From Podospora anserina (Eukaryota), in NCBI GenBank assembly GCA_017654855.1, contig CM030333.1, forward strand, positions 2,542,001 through 2,606,000: 64,000 nt of DNA, read 5' to 3'. The position numbers and the translations under genes were made by a program. Each line of letters opens with the position of its first letter. Position 1 is the first letter of the stretch. Shown piece after piece: positions 50,226 through 61,759 of the stretch. Below the pieces are notes generated by a model, which had not been told where the DNA came from, did no database searches, and saw nothing but the letters and a program-made list of their open reading frames with translations.

Positions 50226-50824
50226 GCTGGTTACTGGTGCTTCTGTAGGCGTAGGAGCATGTTATGGTGGTGAATTTTGGGCTGGGTTCTCTGGCGAATT
50301 GCCCCGCTGATATTTCGCATGTGCTGGGACACAATGAGATGCGGTGAAATCATTTGGCGATAAGCTAAGCATGCAAGAGCTACCCCAAAAGAGCCCAAGC
50401 GCCATCCCCATATTGCATTATCGGGGCCGCCGATAAGCGCCGCCCGCCCACCTCAATGCTTGGCTACTGTCATCTTTTGCGGGTAAATTTTCATATCGTT
50501 TATCGGGATGTTGAATGGACGAATGTGGGATCAGATAATGATAATTCATTATTCAGTTGCCTCCCTCGTCTCAAATAACCATACCTGCTCCACCGTGTGC
50601 CCTTTTTGCATGAGGCAGTGAATAGACACAGAGGAGCCCTCAGTTTGCGTATTGTATATATTGTACCTCTTGGGAGGGGTTTCTCGGCCATTAGGTTGTT
50701 TGTCACTCGCAGCTTTCCCCGGGTTTCGGAGCCTTCTAGGCTGTTTGCTTTTTCTCTCCGGCTTCCCACGCTTGTTTCCCTCTCAAGTCTTCCTGGAGAT
50801 ATAAACACACGCCAAACAGTCAAG

Positions 50825-51513
50825 ATGTCGACCCAAAGAGTTTTTGCCAGCGTCCTCCCGAGATTAAGGGTTGCCTCCAGCAAGAATGCGACAACTTCCC
50901 TTGCACAACAGGCACAACAGCTCCGGTGCTACAGCAGGCCGACCGCCACCTTGAGACCTTCCGGTCCGGCCCGGTCCTCGGTGCTCTCCTCCGCCGCTGC
51001 CTCCGCCCCCGCCCCTCGCCGTGTATGTGTACCGGCCACATCCTCCACTCAACCTCGCACCTTGTCCACCTCAGCCTCACTTTTCCATGGTCATGTCGAC
51101 ACCCCAAAGCCAGGTGAAGAGTATGTGCAAAAACCCCCCTTTTCGACATCCCTGAACTAACACATCAAAGGCTTTGGGTAACCTTCATCGATAAGGAGGG
51201 TGTTGAGACTAAGATTGCCGTTTGCAAGGGCGACAACCTCTTGGATATTGCCCAGGCTCATGATTTGGAGATGGAGGGTGCCTGTGGCGGTTCCTGCGCC
51301 TGCTCGACATGCCACGTCATTGTTGAGGACCCTGACTACTACGACAAGATGCCCGAGCCGGATGATGATGAGAACGACATGCTCGATCTTGCCTTCGGTC
51401 TTACTGAGACCAGTCGGCTGGGCTGCCAGGTCATCATGACTCCCGAGCTGGATGGCCTCCGGGTCAAGCTCCCTCCCATGACAAGGAACCTTCAGTCGAG
51501 CGACTTCAACTAA
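50825..51513 (+). CDS. YAH1: Mitochondrial [2Fe-2S] ferredoxin (adrenodoxin-like; intron ~51121-51170)
   Basis: Presequence; EGACGGSCACSTCHV, DMLDLAFGLTETSRLGCQ. Confidence 0.96.
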
Positions 51514-51843
51514 GGCCTGCCAATATATATTGCATTCTCCGGATTATCGTTTCTTGGTCGGCGTTGCGGCAGCGATACACGGGCATAGTTGTTAAAGATA
51601 GATACCAAAAGCATAGGGGGCTGGCTAGTGCGTTTTCCGCGCAATAGCTCACGATGTAACTGATGACAAATCTTGCGGCTCCGGGATGGTCTGGGAATCT
51701 CTTGCTCTGATCGAGCATGTGTACATGTAAAATAGTAGTAAGGCATCCTATACTGGGGCCATGTGTAAATAAGATGTAACCTCTGCTCTATAAGCAGTAG
51801 AACACCCCTCTGTCTCCCCAACATCTGTAATGGAGAGATCACT

Positions 51844-52842
51844 CTATGCCTCCTCCAAGCCACCCTTCTTCAACCCTCCACCCCCATTCGCAATGAGGTC
51901 CAGGAAGCCTTTCCTGCTCATCTCGGTAATCTTCTCCTCCTTCCTCTTAACACCCACCATACCCTCCTTTCTGACCACCCTTTCCGCCTCCGAAGCCTTG
52001 ACCTGAGCTGCGCGCACGGCATTGAAAAGTTTGACCACACCACGTTGCGCAACCTTTCTCAACCTCCTCTCCGTCGCCAAAAGCTGGCCAGTTGTCTCAG
52101 CACCATCCTCAAGTTCCTCCTCAATCTCGCCCGTCTGCAGGTTCAGTGTGCGCTTGGTGCTAGGTACCAACACATCTCTCACGCGGCCCTTCTCCATCGC
52201 CAACCGCTTCTGCTCGCGCAATCTCTTGCGTGCCTTGGCCTCGAGCGCAGTATCCACCAGCTGCTTCGCATTCTCCGCCGCTACCGCGCTGCGCGCTACA
52301 ATTGGATCGGCGCGCTTGGAGGTAGGGAGTTTACTGGAAAGCATCTTGGAGATGGACGTCGCGAAGGCTTCTGGGTCGTTGCGCTTCGACTTCATGCGGT
52401 TCGCGCCTGTGCCAAGCCCATCGTCACTGCCGCTGTGGGCGTCGTCGTCCTCGTCTGAAGATCCGTCATCGCCATCGCCATCCTCGTCGCCGGAGGAGTT
52501 ATCTGAAGCTGGCGCATCTTTGGCGACAAATTTCTTCTGTTTTGTCTCTGATTTTGGTTGTTGGGATTTGGACTTGGGATTTGGCGCCGAATCGCTGTCG
52601 GACTGGGAATCTGAGTCTTCGGCTTCGGTGGAGGCGCCGTCGTCGGCCTCGAGGTTGTCTAGATCCTCTTCGTCCGAATCGAGCAGGTTGGAGGGAATGG
52701 CACCGCCTTCGTCATTCTCGGAGTCTTCTTCCTCGGAGCTGCTGTGGTATGCGGCGACTTGTCTCTGCTTCTTGGTTGGTCTTTGTGCCTTGCCCTTGGG
52801 GCCGTCGCTGAAGGAGCGCTTCTTTAATGATGATCCTGCCAT
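51844..52842 (-). CDS. RRP15: rRNA-processing protein Rrp15
   Basis: Acidic N-terminal region; FATSISKML, ERRLRKVAQRGVVKLFNAVRAAQ, SRKGFLDLI. Confidence 0.9.
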   Translation of the reverse strand: MAGSSLKKRSFSDGPKGKAQRPTKKQRQVAAYHSSSEEEDSENDEGGAIPSNLLDSDEEDLDNLEADDGASTEAEDSDSQSDSDSAPNPKSKSQQPKSETKQKKFVAKDAPASDNSSGDEDGDGDDGSSDEDDDAHSGSDDGLGTGANRMKSKRNDPEAFATSISKMLSSKLPTSKRADPIVARSAVAAENAKQLVDTALEAKARKRLREQKRLAMEKGRVRDVLVPSTKRTLNLQTGEIEEELEDGAETTGQLLATERRLRKVAQRGVVKLFNAVRAAQVKASEAERVVRKEGMVGVKRKEEKITEMSRKGFLDLIANGGGGLKKGGLEEA

Positions 52843-53582
52843 GGTGTGGGGTGCTGTTGCAAGTCAATTGCTGCAAAGACTTGTGATGGGTCTGGAGTTG
52901 ATGCGGATGATTGTCCAGCGCACTCGTTGTTCGAGCGAGTTCCCCAGAAATTTTTGGCGGTGAATAGCGGCAGGAATGTGCCCCGCTGGTGAAGAGTGGA
53001 GCCGATGCCCCAAGCTTCTTGCTCCACTCGAGCTTTCAAGCTTCATTTTGTGGTGCTCAAGGTGGGCATGTGAAGCTTCGTCTGGCATCTAGGAAAACTC
53101 AATCTACATGACTACCAACTGTATAAATGTTTATTTTAGATCTTCTCACCTCTTCTAGTTGGAGCAATATTATTATCTCAGGAATTGCCAGTTTCTTCCA
53201 TTGTACACTGGTCTCACAACATGGCATTCACCTTGGCCAAGTAGATGACTTCTCACGCAACAACAGGCCCACCCAAATGCCATTGTGTTTGTCGTAACCC
53301 GCGGCCCGGTCGCCGGTATCTCAACTAGGTTTCTGATCCTTCCTGGAGGTGATGTTTCGCCGTACTAACCGGTTGCCTTCTAGATATGGGTTCACCAAGA
53401 CCAAAACAACCCTGCGCCAAGGTGGTAAGCCTGACTCTTTGAGGAACTATTGGCTTAGTTTACGCAGACATCCAGACAAGCGCGTTTACAATGGCAGTTC
53501 AAATACTCCTCCACATCCCGTGTCTCATCACAACAGCCTTATGCTCAATCTATGAGCGCGCAATCTTCTGATACCAGTCAGA

Positions 53583-55259
53583 ATGGAAACTCTTGCGCCC
53601 ACCACAACGGGTGTCCTTACCCTCAACCCATCCTGTCTCGCGACGACCAACCTATGGGTGGATGAACTTTGCACACGTCCCGCTTATGGTGGTGGACGAT
53701 GCACTCGCTACAATCTAGGCATAGGCGAGGGTTGCTCCATGAGGGCTGCTGGCGCCACCGGCTATGATGAAAGAATTGCTTTCAGTGACTGCCCGGTTGG
53801 CATGACCCCAGCCTGGTCGTTCACTGGAACAGAGTTGCAAGATGTTTCCCTCGCCACCAGCTACTGCTGCCCGACCGGTTTTGACTTTTCTGTCTCAACC
53901 ACCTCATGGCCAGGCTCAGGGACCTTGCGAGCTACTTGCATTGCCGAGTCGATTGAGCGGCTTTCGGGTCAAACGCTCACTCTGAACCAGGATACATATC
54001 GGGTAGAGACGTCTGGGAGATCCACCATCACCATTCGTGCCACGACCACGACCGCGGCATACGACTATGACCAAGACAAGATTTTTGCCCAAGCAGCGAG
54101 TGAGTGTTGAGCTTGTGCTGATGCTCCCTCTTACATCCGTTATACTGACCCTTTGCTAGCCATCTGGAAATACATCTACCCCGGTGCTGAGACGACATCA
54201 ACATGCTATGGCATCGCTTGCAACCCAAGCAACCCCCTCCCACAACCCCCCGAGAAAACACCCCCTCCCTCCACCTTCACCTACACACCCCCTCCCCCCT
54301 TCCCAGCAAACCAATTCACCCCCGACCCGTCCTGCCTCGCCGAGTCCAACTTCTGGCAAGTCTCAACCTACTGCTGGATGTCCTGGCCCAACCCCTCCCC
54401 CGACTGGCTCCGCTGCACCCACACCGGCTTCGGCGAACCAAACACCTACCTCCACCCAGAATGCTTCCCCTCCGCCACCGTAGCCCCCCAATCCGCCGAG
54501 AACCCCGACATCCAAACCTGGTACTCGGAATGCCCGGTAGGCTACTCCGTCGCAAAAACCTTCACCTCGGGCCGCTTCGACCTCCCAACCTACGTCTTCA
54601 GCGAGCCCTCCCCCACCAAAACCTACGACGTAACCGCCACGGGCCTAGCCTGCTGCCCCTCGGGTAAATACCACTTCGAGTACCGCCGCGTCGAAACCTC
54701 CATCACCTCCCACAACGGCAGGCGCGAGACCGTCTCCCTCTACATCATGCCCTCCTGCATCGCCACCCGCGTCTCGGCTCTCTCGGGGAAGGGGATAGCA
54801 ATGAAGGAGTGGTACAACACAGCCGTCTACGACAAGAAGCGAGACTTGGGGGAGCGACAGGCTAACCACGACGCGGAAGCTACCATCACCGATGCGTGGA
54901 ACATGGATAATACCCTGTATGCACAGGCGATTCATCTCGGCTACACCGTCTTTCGCGATCAGTACACGTGCTACACCAACTGCGACGAGTATTTTTACAA
55001 TTCCTTCAGGGATGTCGTGCCAAATACGTACAAGACTTGGAGCCCGCCAACGACGACGACTACTTCGACGAGTACTTCTGATGGGTCGTCGTCTACTGGA
55101 GACGGTGGCGGTGATAATGGTGATGGTGAGGGAGGGAATGGGGAGGAGGTGGTGTCTACCAGCTCGACAGCTGGTGCTGCTGAGCAAGTGGGACGGTCGG
55201 GGAGTATTATCATCACTTTGGTGACTGTGGTGACGGTAGTTATGGGGTTGGGTGCTTGA
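53583..55259 (+). CDS. Cys/Thr-rich putative cell-surface protein with duplicated domain and GPI-like tail (intron ~54099-54159)
   Basis: Two copies of PSCLA..N.W...C...CPVG...CCP.G..F...CIA; KKR site; S/T/G-rich spacer then hydrophobic C-terminus. Confidence 0.72.
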
Positions 55260-55660
55260 AGATGTGTGTATGGGAGTGTGATATGGGAAATGATGATACC
55301 CAGTGTGTATATGATGGATGATGTAATTACGATGGAGGTTATGTTGATGTGCGCTTATTTTGAGCCTTTACAGTTCCAAGAAACACCTTGTACGGCAACA
55401 GTGGGCATCGAAAAGAATTCAGTCCCGTTCTTCACAATTCATGATTTAATGTGTTAATATCACAGCAAGGGCATTGCCCAATCATGTCATGGCTACAGCA
55501 TTACACACACGTCATGGACAGGCAGAAAAAGTAGCTATCCCAACTGATATTCATTAACTCCTGCTCCCTCAAACCCTGCTCTACAGCGCATTACCAATTA
55601 CCTAGGAAAGAATCGCCCATGCCCAACACTCGACAGTCATTTCCTACCTCGACCTCGCCA

Positions 55661-56627
55661 TCACCCACAACAAACAGTCACATCCTCCAACTCGCCACAC
55701 CGCTTACTGTCATGTCTGTCTCGTCAACACACACGTCAGCTTCATCTTTCTTCCCTTCTTTTTCCAGAAACACTTACTTCCCCACCCTCGTCCAGTGAAA
55801 CAACAAATACCCCAAAAACACCCCAAAGAAAATCGAGAACAGCACAAACCCATTATAGTACATCCCCATCCTATAATCTCGTCAGCATATCCCTTCAACC
55901 CCCTCCCCACCCTGAAAAGTACTCACAGCATCAACAAATAAGCCACCACAAAATTAACCAAATGCAACAACGCCCTCAAAAACTGCTCACAAAACCCCGG
56001 CCTATAACACTCGCACCCTTCCTTTCTCTCGTGTTCACCCCCAGTATGATGACTCTCCTCCTTCTGCCGCCGCGGCCTGCTCGCACACTGCCCGTCCACT
56101 TGTCCTATCCCCTCCCCATGTGCCGCATTCAGATTAACCGCACTTGCCACCCTCGACTGCTCCGCCGTCAGAGGCCTCAGAGACGACGAGGGCGTCATCC
56201 TCCTTCCTACAGGATGGGGAGGGACAGGTTCCGTATCTATCAAGATTATCTCACCGGGATGGCCGTGATGTTGGTGATGGGGGCATTTGTGGGCGTGGTG
56301 ACGGAGGAGGTGGCGGTCGTATTCCCGAGTCAGGCGCCGGAGACCTTCTAGCAAAAGGGCGAGGAGGAGGACGGCGATGCAGGCTGCTGCCATATGGCCG
56401 TCGCTTCTGACTTGCTACGTCTCTGAGAGGAAGCAGGAGTCTATGGTGTTCCAGTTCCAGGTCATCTATTGCATAGGGGGTTAGCAAAGGGGAGGGAAAT
56501 GGGAAGGGGAAGGGGAAGGGAAAGGGGAGGGAAATACTTTGATGAGACATGCTGGCTTTGTGACGGCGTCTTCGACGATGATGATGTCGATGGGGATGGG
56601 GACTGTGGTGGGGGCGGGGTTAGACAT
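55661..56627 (-). CDS. Ctr-family copper transporter, 4 exons, with in-frame TAG at 56415-56417
   Basis: Exons 56627-56538, 56465-55927, 55870-55778, 55715-55661; CLIK-MTWNWNTIDSCFLSET*QVRS, TM1, YLLMLMGMYYNG (MxxxM), GVFLG, C-terminal VTVCCG*. Confidence 0.88.
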
Positions 56628-57119
56628 GCTGGGCTGTGGATGGGGTTTGGTTGGCGGTTGAGGCTGGGTGGGCGGTGGTGTGATGCTGGGCGTGAGGTTG
56701 TTGTGTTGACGGGAGTAAGTGCTTGTCGGAAGCAGATAGACGATGATTTTGGTGTCCTGGAGGTGGTTGGGCGGGGGTATACTGATGCTGGATGGTGATA
56801 ATGGAAGACACGGGTTGTGAGGTAAACTTCTCATTAAATCTTGGACAATGGGAGCAATGCGTCCGCAGTCAAGGCAATTCTTACCCTGAATCAATTCGTT
56901 TCAAGAGTGCCTTCCTGCCCGGATTGATGGAAGGACCACCAACCTGCCTGGTCCGGTTCGCCGGACACAAGCCTCCGAGAAATGATGAAAAGGGCAGGCA
57001 CGATGCAGAGAAGATGTAATGGATGGGGCATCACTGGTCAACCTCCTCTATCAAGGCCAAAAACACAAAGAGAGTATTACGCATAAATGGTATCACAATA
57101 TCCAAACCCCACCTCCCAC

Positions 57120-59076
57120 TCACTGATTCCCAACCACATACCTCGCCGTAGCAATCCTCATCCTCTTCCCCGCCCACAATATCGGCACAATCAACAACGA
57201 AAATACCCCCATAATCACCGTAAAACCTCCAAACGGAACCAAATACCCGTCCCTCTCAATCCACTGAATGACAAACAGCAACCAAATGAATGGCACCATT
57301 CCTCTCAAGATACAGATCATGGCAAAGCAGTCACTGGCGAGCTGGTTGTACGCGTCAATGAGCTGGAAAATGACCAGTTAGCTTCAATCTCATTGATATC
57401 ATGGAAGGTGTGTGGGGTCACTCACATAACTGAACCACAAACTCGGCACCTGCGTCAACGCAAAAGCCACCATCCCGTACGCCACCTGAAGCCCAATCCA
57501 CTGGTACTCCCCCGGATACTGCGCACAGAACCCAAACACCAACAGCCCACCCGTCCCCAACGCCAGAGCAGGCAACATAATCGGCAGTCTCGTCTCCGGC
57601 TCGGCATAACCGTGGTCTTGCTTCTTCGCAAAAGCCTTCAACCGGCGGTCTGCTAGGAGGGCAGTGGTGATAGCGCCAAAGACTATACCAATCAACGCGC
57701 CTATGAACAAAAGCCCCGTGTCCGCGCCCCAGTCATACGGCGGAAGAATGAGCAGCTGAGGTCCGATGGTGGAGATGACGGCCACAGCACCGACCAAGCC
57801 ACCATACTGCAGCATGGCAATCCACGTGGCTGGCAGCCGGAGGGTATACCACGGCTTCATAAACTGGTACTTGATTCTACCTCTGTACATCCCAAACTTG
57901 AGCGAATCAGAAAAGGTATAAGGGTGGTAGGAGAAGTTCCCCGGGCCCGTTGCTCTCGACGACCTGACCTGCTTTGACAATCTAGTGGGTGTCATGGCAG
58001 TGGAGCTGCTGAGGTCCCCAGAAGATGACGGCTGATACCATGTATACGTCGGGTCCAACTCCCCGGTATACCGAAACCTCGACGGCAGCGTCATCCTCAT
58101 CGATGGCAAAGTAACCAGACTGAGGTACGGCGCAGGTGTCCGGGGCCAGTACCTCGATGGTCGGGGAAGATTCCTCTGGATTGGCAAGCAGTGGGCTCCA
58201 CGTTCGTAGATCGTTTCCGGGACGAATAAGACCGAACACAAGAATGTGATGCCCGCCAGAACAGCGCTGACCCAAAAGACTTGGAACCAACCCAGCCTGA
58301 CAGCGATGTAGCCGCCTGATATACCGCCCACGACGGAGCCGCTTGCTAGGGCTGCTGTGTAGAACGCCTGAGCAGCCGCGTCAGCGAGAGTTCGATGTTG
58401 GAGAAGAACGAGAGAAACATACCATCCACCTCCCCCTCTCATGCACAAAATACATCTCCCCCACCACCGCCGGCACCACCGTCTCGGACGCACTACTCCC
58501 AAACCCCTGAAAGCATCTCACAACCAAGATGCCAACAAAGTTGGAGGTTGTCGCCCCGACAGCCGTGGAGATGAACAGAATGAGCGCCGAAATAAGGACA
58601 ATGGCCCTCCTCCCAAAGATATTCGCCACCGGCACGAGAAATACATTTCCAAACCCCAACAGGAGAATATTGTACTATCTTTTCTGTCAGCTCGATCATT
58701 ACCCTTCACCCTTTTTATGAGGGAAAGAGCTTACCGCAACAAACTGCATCAACTCCTCAATCTTCCTCTGATCCTCGGGAAACTCCAGATTCCACACCGG
58801 CAACGCAGGCGCGATGCAAGCCGAGATGAAATTGCTCACAAAGGCGTACAGCGAGACGGTGCTGATGCACGCCAGCTTCCTCCACGGGGCCCAGTTCAGG
58901 GGGTCTGCCGGGTCTGGGGTTGGGAGGGGGTACTTTGAGAACCGATCCGTTGTTGTCACGCCTCCCTCTGGGATGACGACCGTGGTCGTGGGCTCGATCA
59001 GCCGGACCGTTCCCGGGGGTGTGGCGGCCTTGACGGCTTCTCTGCTGAGGGAGAAGGCATATTTCCAGCCGGGCAT
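57120..59076 (-). CDS. Major facilitator superfamily transporter (DHA1/HOL1-like), 4 exons
   Basis: PTPDPADPLNWAPWRK, ANIFGRR, GEMYFVHERG, FVPETIYER, EPETRLP; multiple hydrophobic segments. Confidence 0.88.
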
Positions 59077-59653
59077 CCTATCTCAACCTGTGTGGTGGGG
59101 ATGAAAAGGTGGCAAGTGATGAGATGGTAAGAAAGGGGGAGGAGGGGGGAAAGGGGGAAACGAGCGACGAGGGGGCAACGGCTTTCGACGAGCAGAGAGC
59201 ATTTTTTGGGCGATAACATGGTTAGGGAAGGGCAAAGTCTTATGCGAGGTGTGTGGTGTTTAGTTGGTTCCCGAGGACCCGAAATAAAGATGAAACCCCC
59301 GTCCGAGAATATGCTGGGAGGGTTGGGCTGATGGAGAGAAGCAGGGACGCGAACGCGCTTGTGCAAGGCCGGGGCCATGGTGGAAGTTTATTCATGTTCC
59401 TGGGGGCGACAGTGCTGACGAGGACGCTAGAATTTGGGATGGGAGCTGTGTACTGAATCACCAGGTCACTAGTAACGAGGCGAATAAAACTGGTTCTTTT
59501 TTTCAAAGGGTGAGATGTGCTGGGATGTTTTTGAAAACATATATCAAAAGATTTCCGACCCTGAGAGAACGACAGATTACCAGAAGTGTCTTTTCCTTCC
59601 CATTGTAGACAAAGATATAACTATCCCAACGTCTATCCACCAACACAGGTGTT

Positions 59654-61051
59654 TCACAACCTACAATCTTCCGTCGAGTGACCGTAGTCATTGCACGAAA
59701 GACACCACGTCTCCTCCGTCGAGTGAGCAAATGCACAGCGTTCGCCCCTGCGACACCCAACAGCCGTGCATCTCTTTGTTTTCCACAACCTAAAGTCCTT
59801 GGTCGGATTATCCCGAAAGCGAGCCATTTCCTTGCTTGTATGCTTATAACCACATTCACCCCTATCTCCGCAATGCTGGCCTTTGGGACACCCTTGAGTC
59901 CCGCGCTGAGCACGTCCGTGAGCTCTCCCTGGCCGAGATCGAGACTTCACCTGCTCCCAGCCCTCCTCATCATCGGGATCTCCGCCCCCCTCAGCCTCGG
60001 CCTCGTGGACTTCTGCTTTTTCGTCTCCGGCTTCGGGTGGGCCACTTCCAAGATCAACACTGTTTTCCAGGGAGCTTTGCGCGTCGTGTTTCGTACTGAG
60101 AGGGGAGCTGGAGGCTCGGTTGTCATTTTCCAGCGGTAAAAACATGTTGCTCGTCTCGACAATCTCCGACACATCCTTGTTGAACCTACTGGCATAGACG
60201 GGCCATGACATGATGGTGGTCTTCTCGCCAAACAGTTCCCGTGCTTTTACGATGATGGCCTCGATGTTCTTCACCGTGGGGAACTCGACGAATATTTCTG
60301 ATCCATTCTTTGAACGCGTGGTGTAGAACAAACGTCCCAACTCGAGGAGGACCTTCGCCACGTAAGAGTCGTTCCATGTTTCCTCAGCGAGATCCTCTGG
60401 CTCCAAAATCACAATCGTGTAGGCGGGAACGACCCTGGTGTTTCGGGTGGAGCGGAAGTTGGTGAACGACACTTGGTTGAATATGTTGTCCAAGAACTTG
60501 ACCGATAGTCGGCCATTGGTATTTCTTTCCCTCAAGTATTCCCTGGCCATCCCGGAGTTCCACCCCCAGAGTTCCACTCGGATGCCACATCCCAACACCT
60601 TTCTGATCGCGGGGAGCATATCGCGATCTCCCGTGATAACGATAAAGACTGTTCTTTTTCTGCGCTCTTCGACGGCTTGATCAAATTTCGCCACGGCCCT
60701 AAGATCAACAGCCTCCTCGGTCATATCTGCCGACATGGAGTTGTCCACCTCCTTCTCCCTCCCATTGGCGCCGCGATCGTATATCTTGGTTTTGAAGCTG
60801 CACTTCTTGTATTGGTCCCATACCAAATCATTAGGCGGTGGCCGAGAGCCGTAGATGTAAGATTGGCGCTGAATTCGGCCATCGCAGAGTGTGTTGACTA
60901 ACCTTCCTATATTAATCCGGAGACGTGGGTCCTGATCACCGTCTGTGAGCTTGGGCATATGTGAATTGCCCGAGGCGGCGAACTTCTGAGCCTCGATCCA
61001 CACGTTGGAATCGTCCACAAATAGCAAACATTCGTCATTATCGGCATCCAT
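59654..61051 (-). CDS. NYN/LabA-DUF88 (PIN-fold) nuclease with two CCCH fingers and a CCHC knuckle; intronless
   Basis: FVDDSN, YIYGSRPP, EKEVD, ITGDRDMLPAI, VELWGW; CPKGQHCGDRGECGYKH, CTAVGCRRGERCAFAH, CLSCNDYGHSTEDC. Confidence 0.85.
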   Translation of the reverse strand: MDADNDECLLFVDDSNVWIEAQKFAASGNSHMPKLTDGDQDPRLRINIGRLVNTLCDGRIQRQSYIYGSRPPPNDLVWDQYKKCSFKTKIYDRGANGREKEVDNSMSADMTEEAVDLRAVAKFDQAVEERRKRTVFIVITGDRDMLPAIRKVLGCGIRVELWGWNSGMAREYLRERNTNGRLSVKFLDNIFNQVSFTNFRSTRNTRVVPAYTIVILEPEDLAEETWNDSYVAKVLLELGRLFYTTRSKNGSEIFVEFPTVKNIEAIIVKARELFGEKTTIMSWPVYASRFNKDVSEIVETSNMFLPLENDNRASSSPLSTKHDAQSSLENSVDLGSGPPEAGDEKAEVHEAEAEGGGDPDDEEGWEQVKSRSRPGRAHGRAQRGTQGCPKGQHCGDRGECGYKHTSKEMARFRDNPTKDFRLWKTKRCTAVGCRRGERCAFAHSTEETWCLSCNDYGHSTEDCRL

Positions 61052-61759
61052 TGTCGCCGGTGGTGTGATTCACGCAGATTAAGGGTAAGGCAGAGCGTAA
61101 CGAACAACCTGTTGCGAGAGTATGGCGAGGTGAGTTCAGATATATATATATACCAGCGACAAAATCTGGGCTTTTCCTACTGTTGTGCACTGTCCTTTGC
61201 TGTTGTGTGTGCCTATCCTTTAAATCCCATCAACCCGGTGAAAAATGCAGGTTGCTTGATAATATTTCTAGGCCAGCCGATTGAGCCAATATTTCAAGGA
61301 TCGAAACGTTTGCAACCGCTGTGGCAACAGTTCCCCGCCATCCATAGCCTATCATCGCCAATCTGCCTCGCCATTTTTGGTGACCTGCAGGCCTGTTTGT
61401 GTTGACCTACCTGATATGCGCTGCGACGTGGACCAGTGACACTATGGTGGCCTAGAAGACAGCAGCTGCAACAGAGTGCGTATTCGCACTGGATTGTCGC
61501 CTGTTGATCACCCCGTCATCCCCGGCTTGTACGTATAGCTTCTTGATTTCGTTCTTGTCGGCCTTCCGAGGGTCCCAGGTTTCTTGCAAGAAGCCCACAT
61601 CCTTTCCTCGCTCGAGCTGCTTGGCTTCTCGATCAATACGCCCGAAGGTTGCTCAGTTTCCTCTGACCTTTCAGCGATCACGAGCCCTCGCCGGTGAGGA
61701 AGTGTTGCATTTTTCCTTGGACTTCGGCGCAGCTGCAATGAGAGTTCCCAATGATATCC

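Noticed and set aside
52022..52963. 313-aa Ser-rich plus-strand ORF
   Set aside because: Antisense shadow of acidic RRP15.
56488..56532. Purine-rich (GGGAAG)n tract
   Set aside because: Simple repeat within Ctr intron 1; no further evidence of function.
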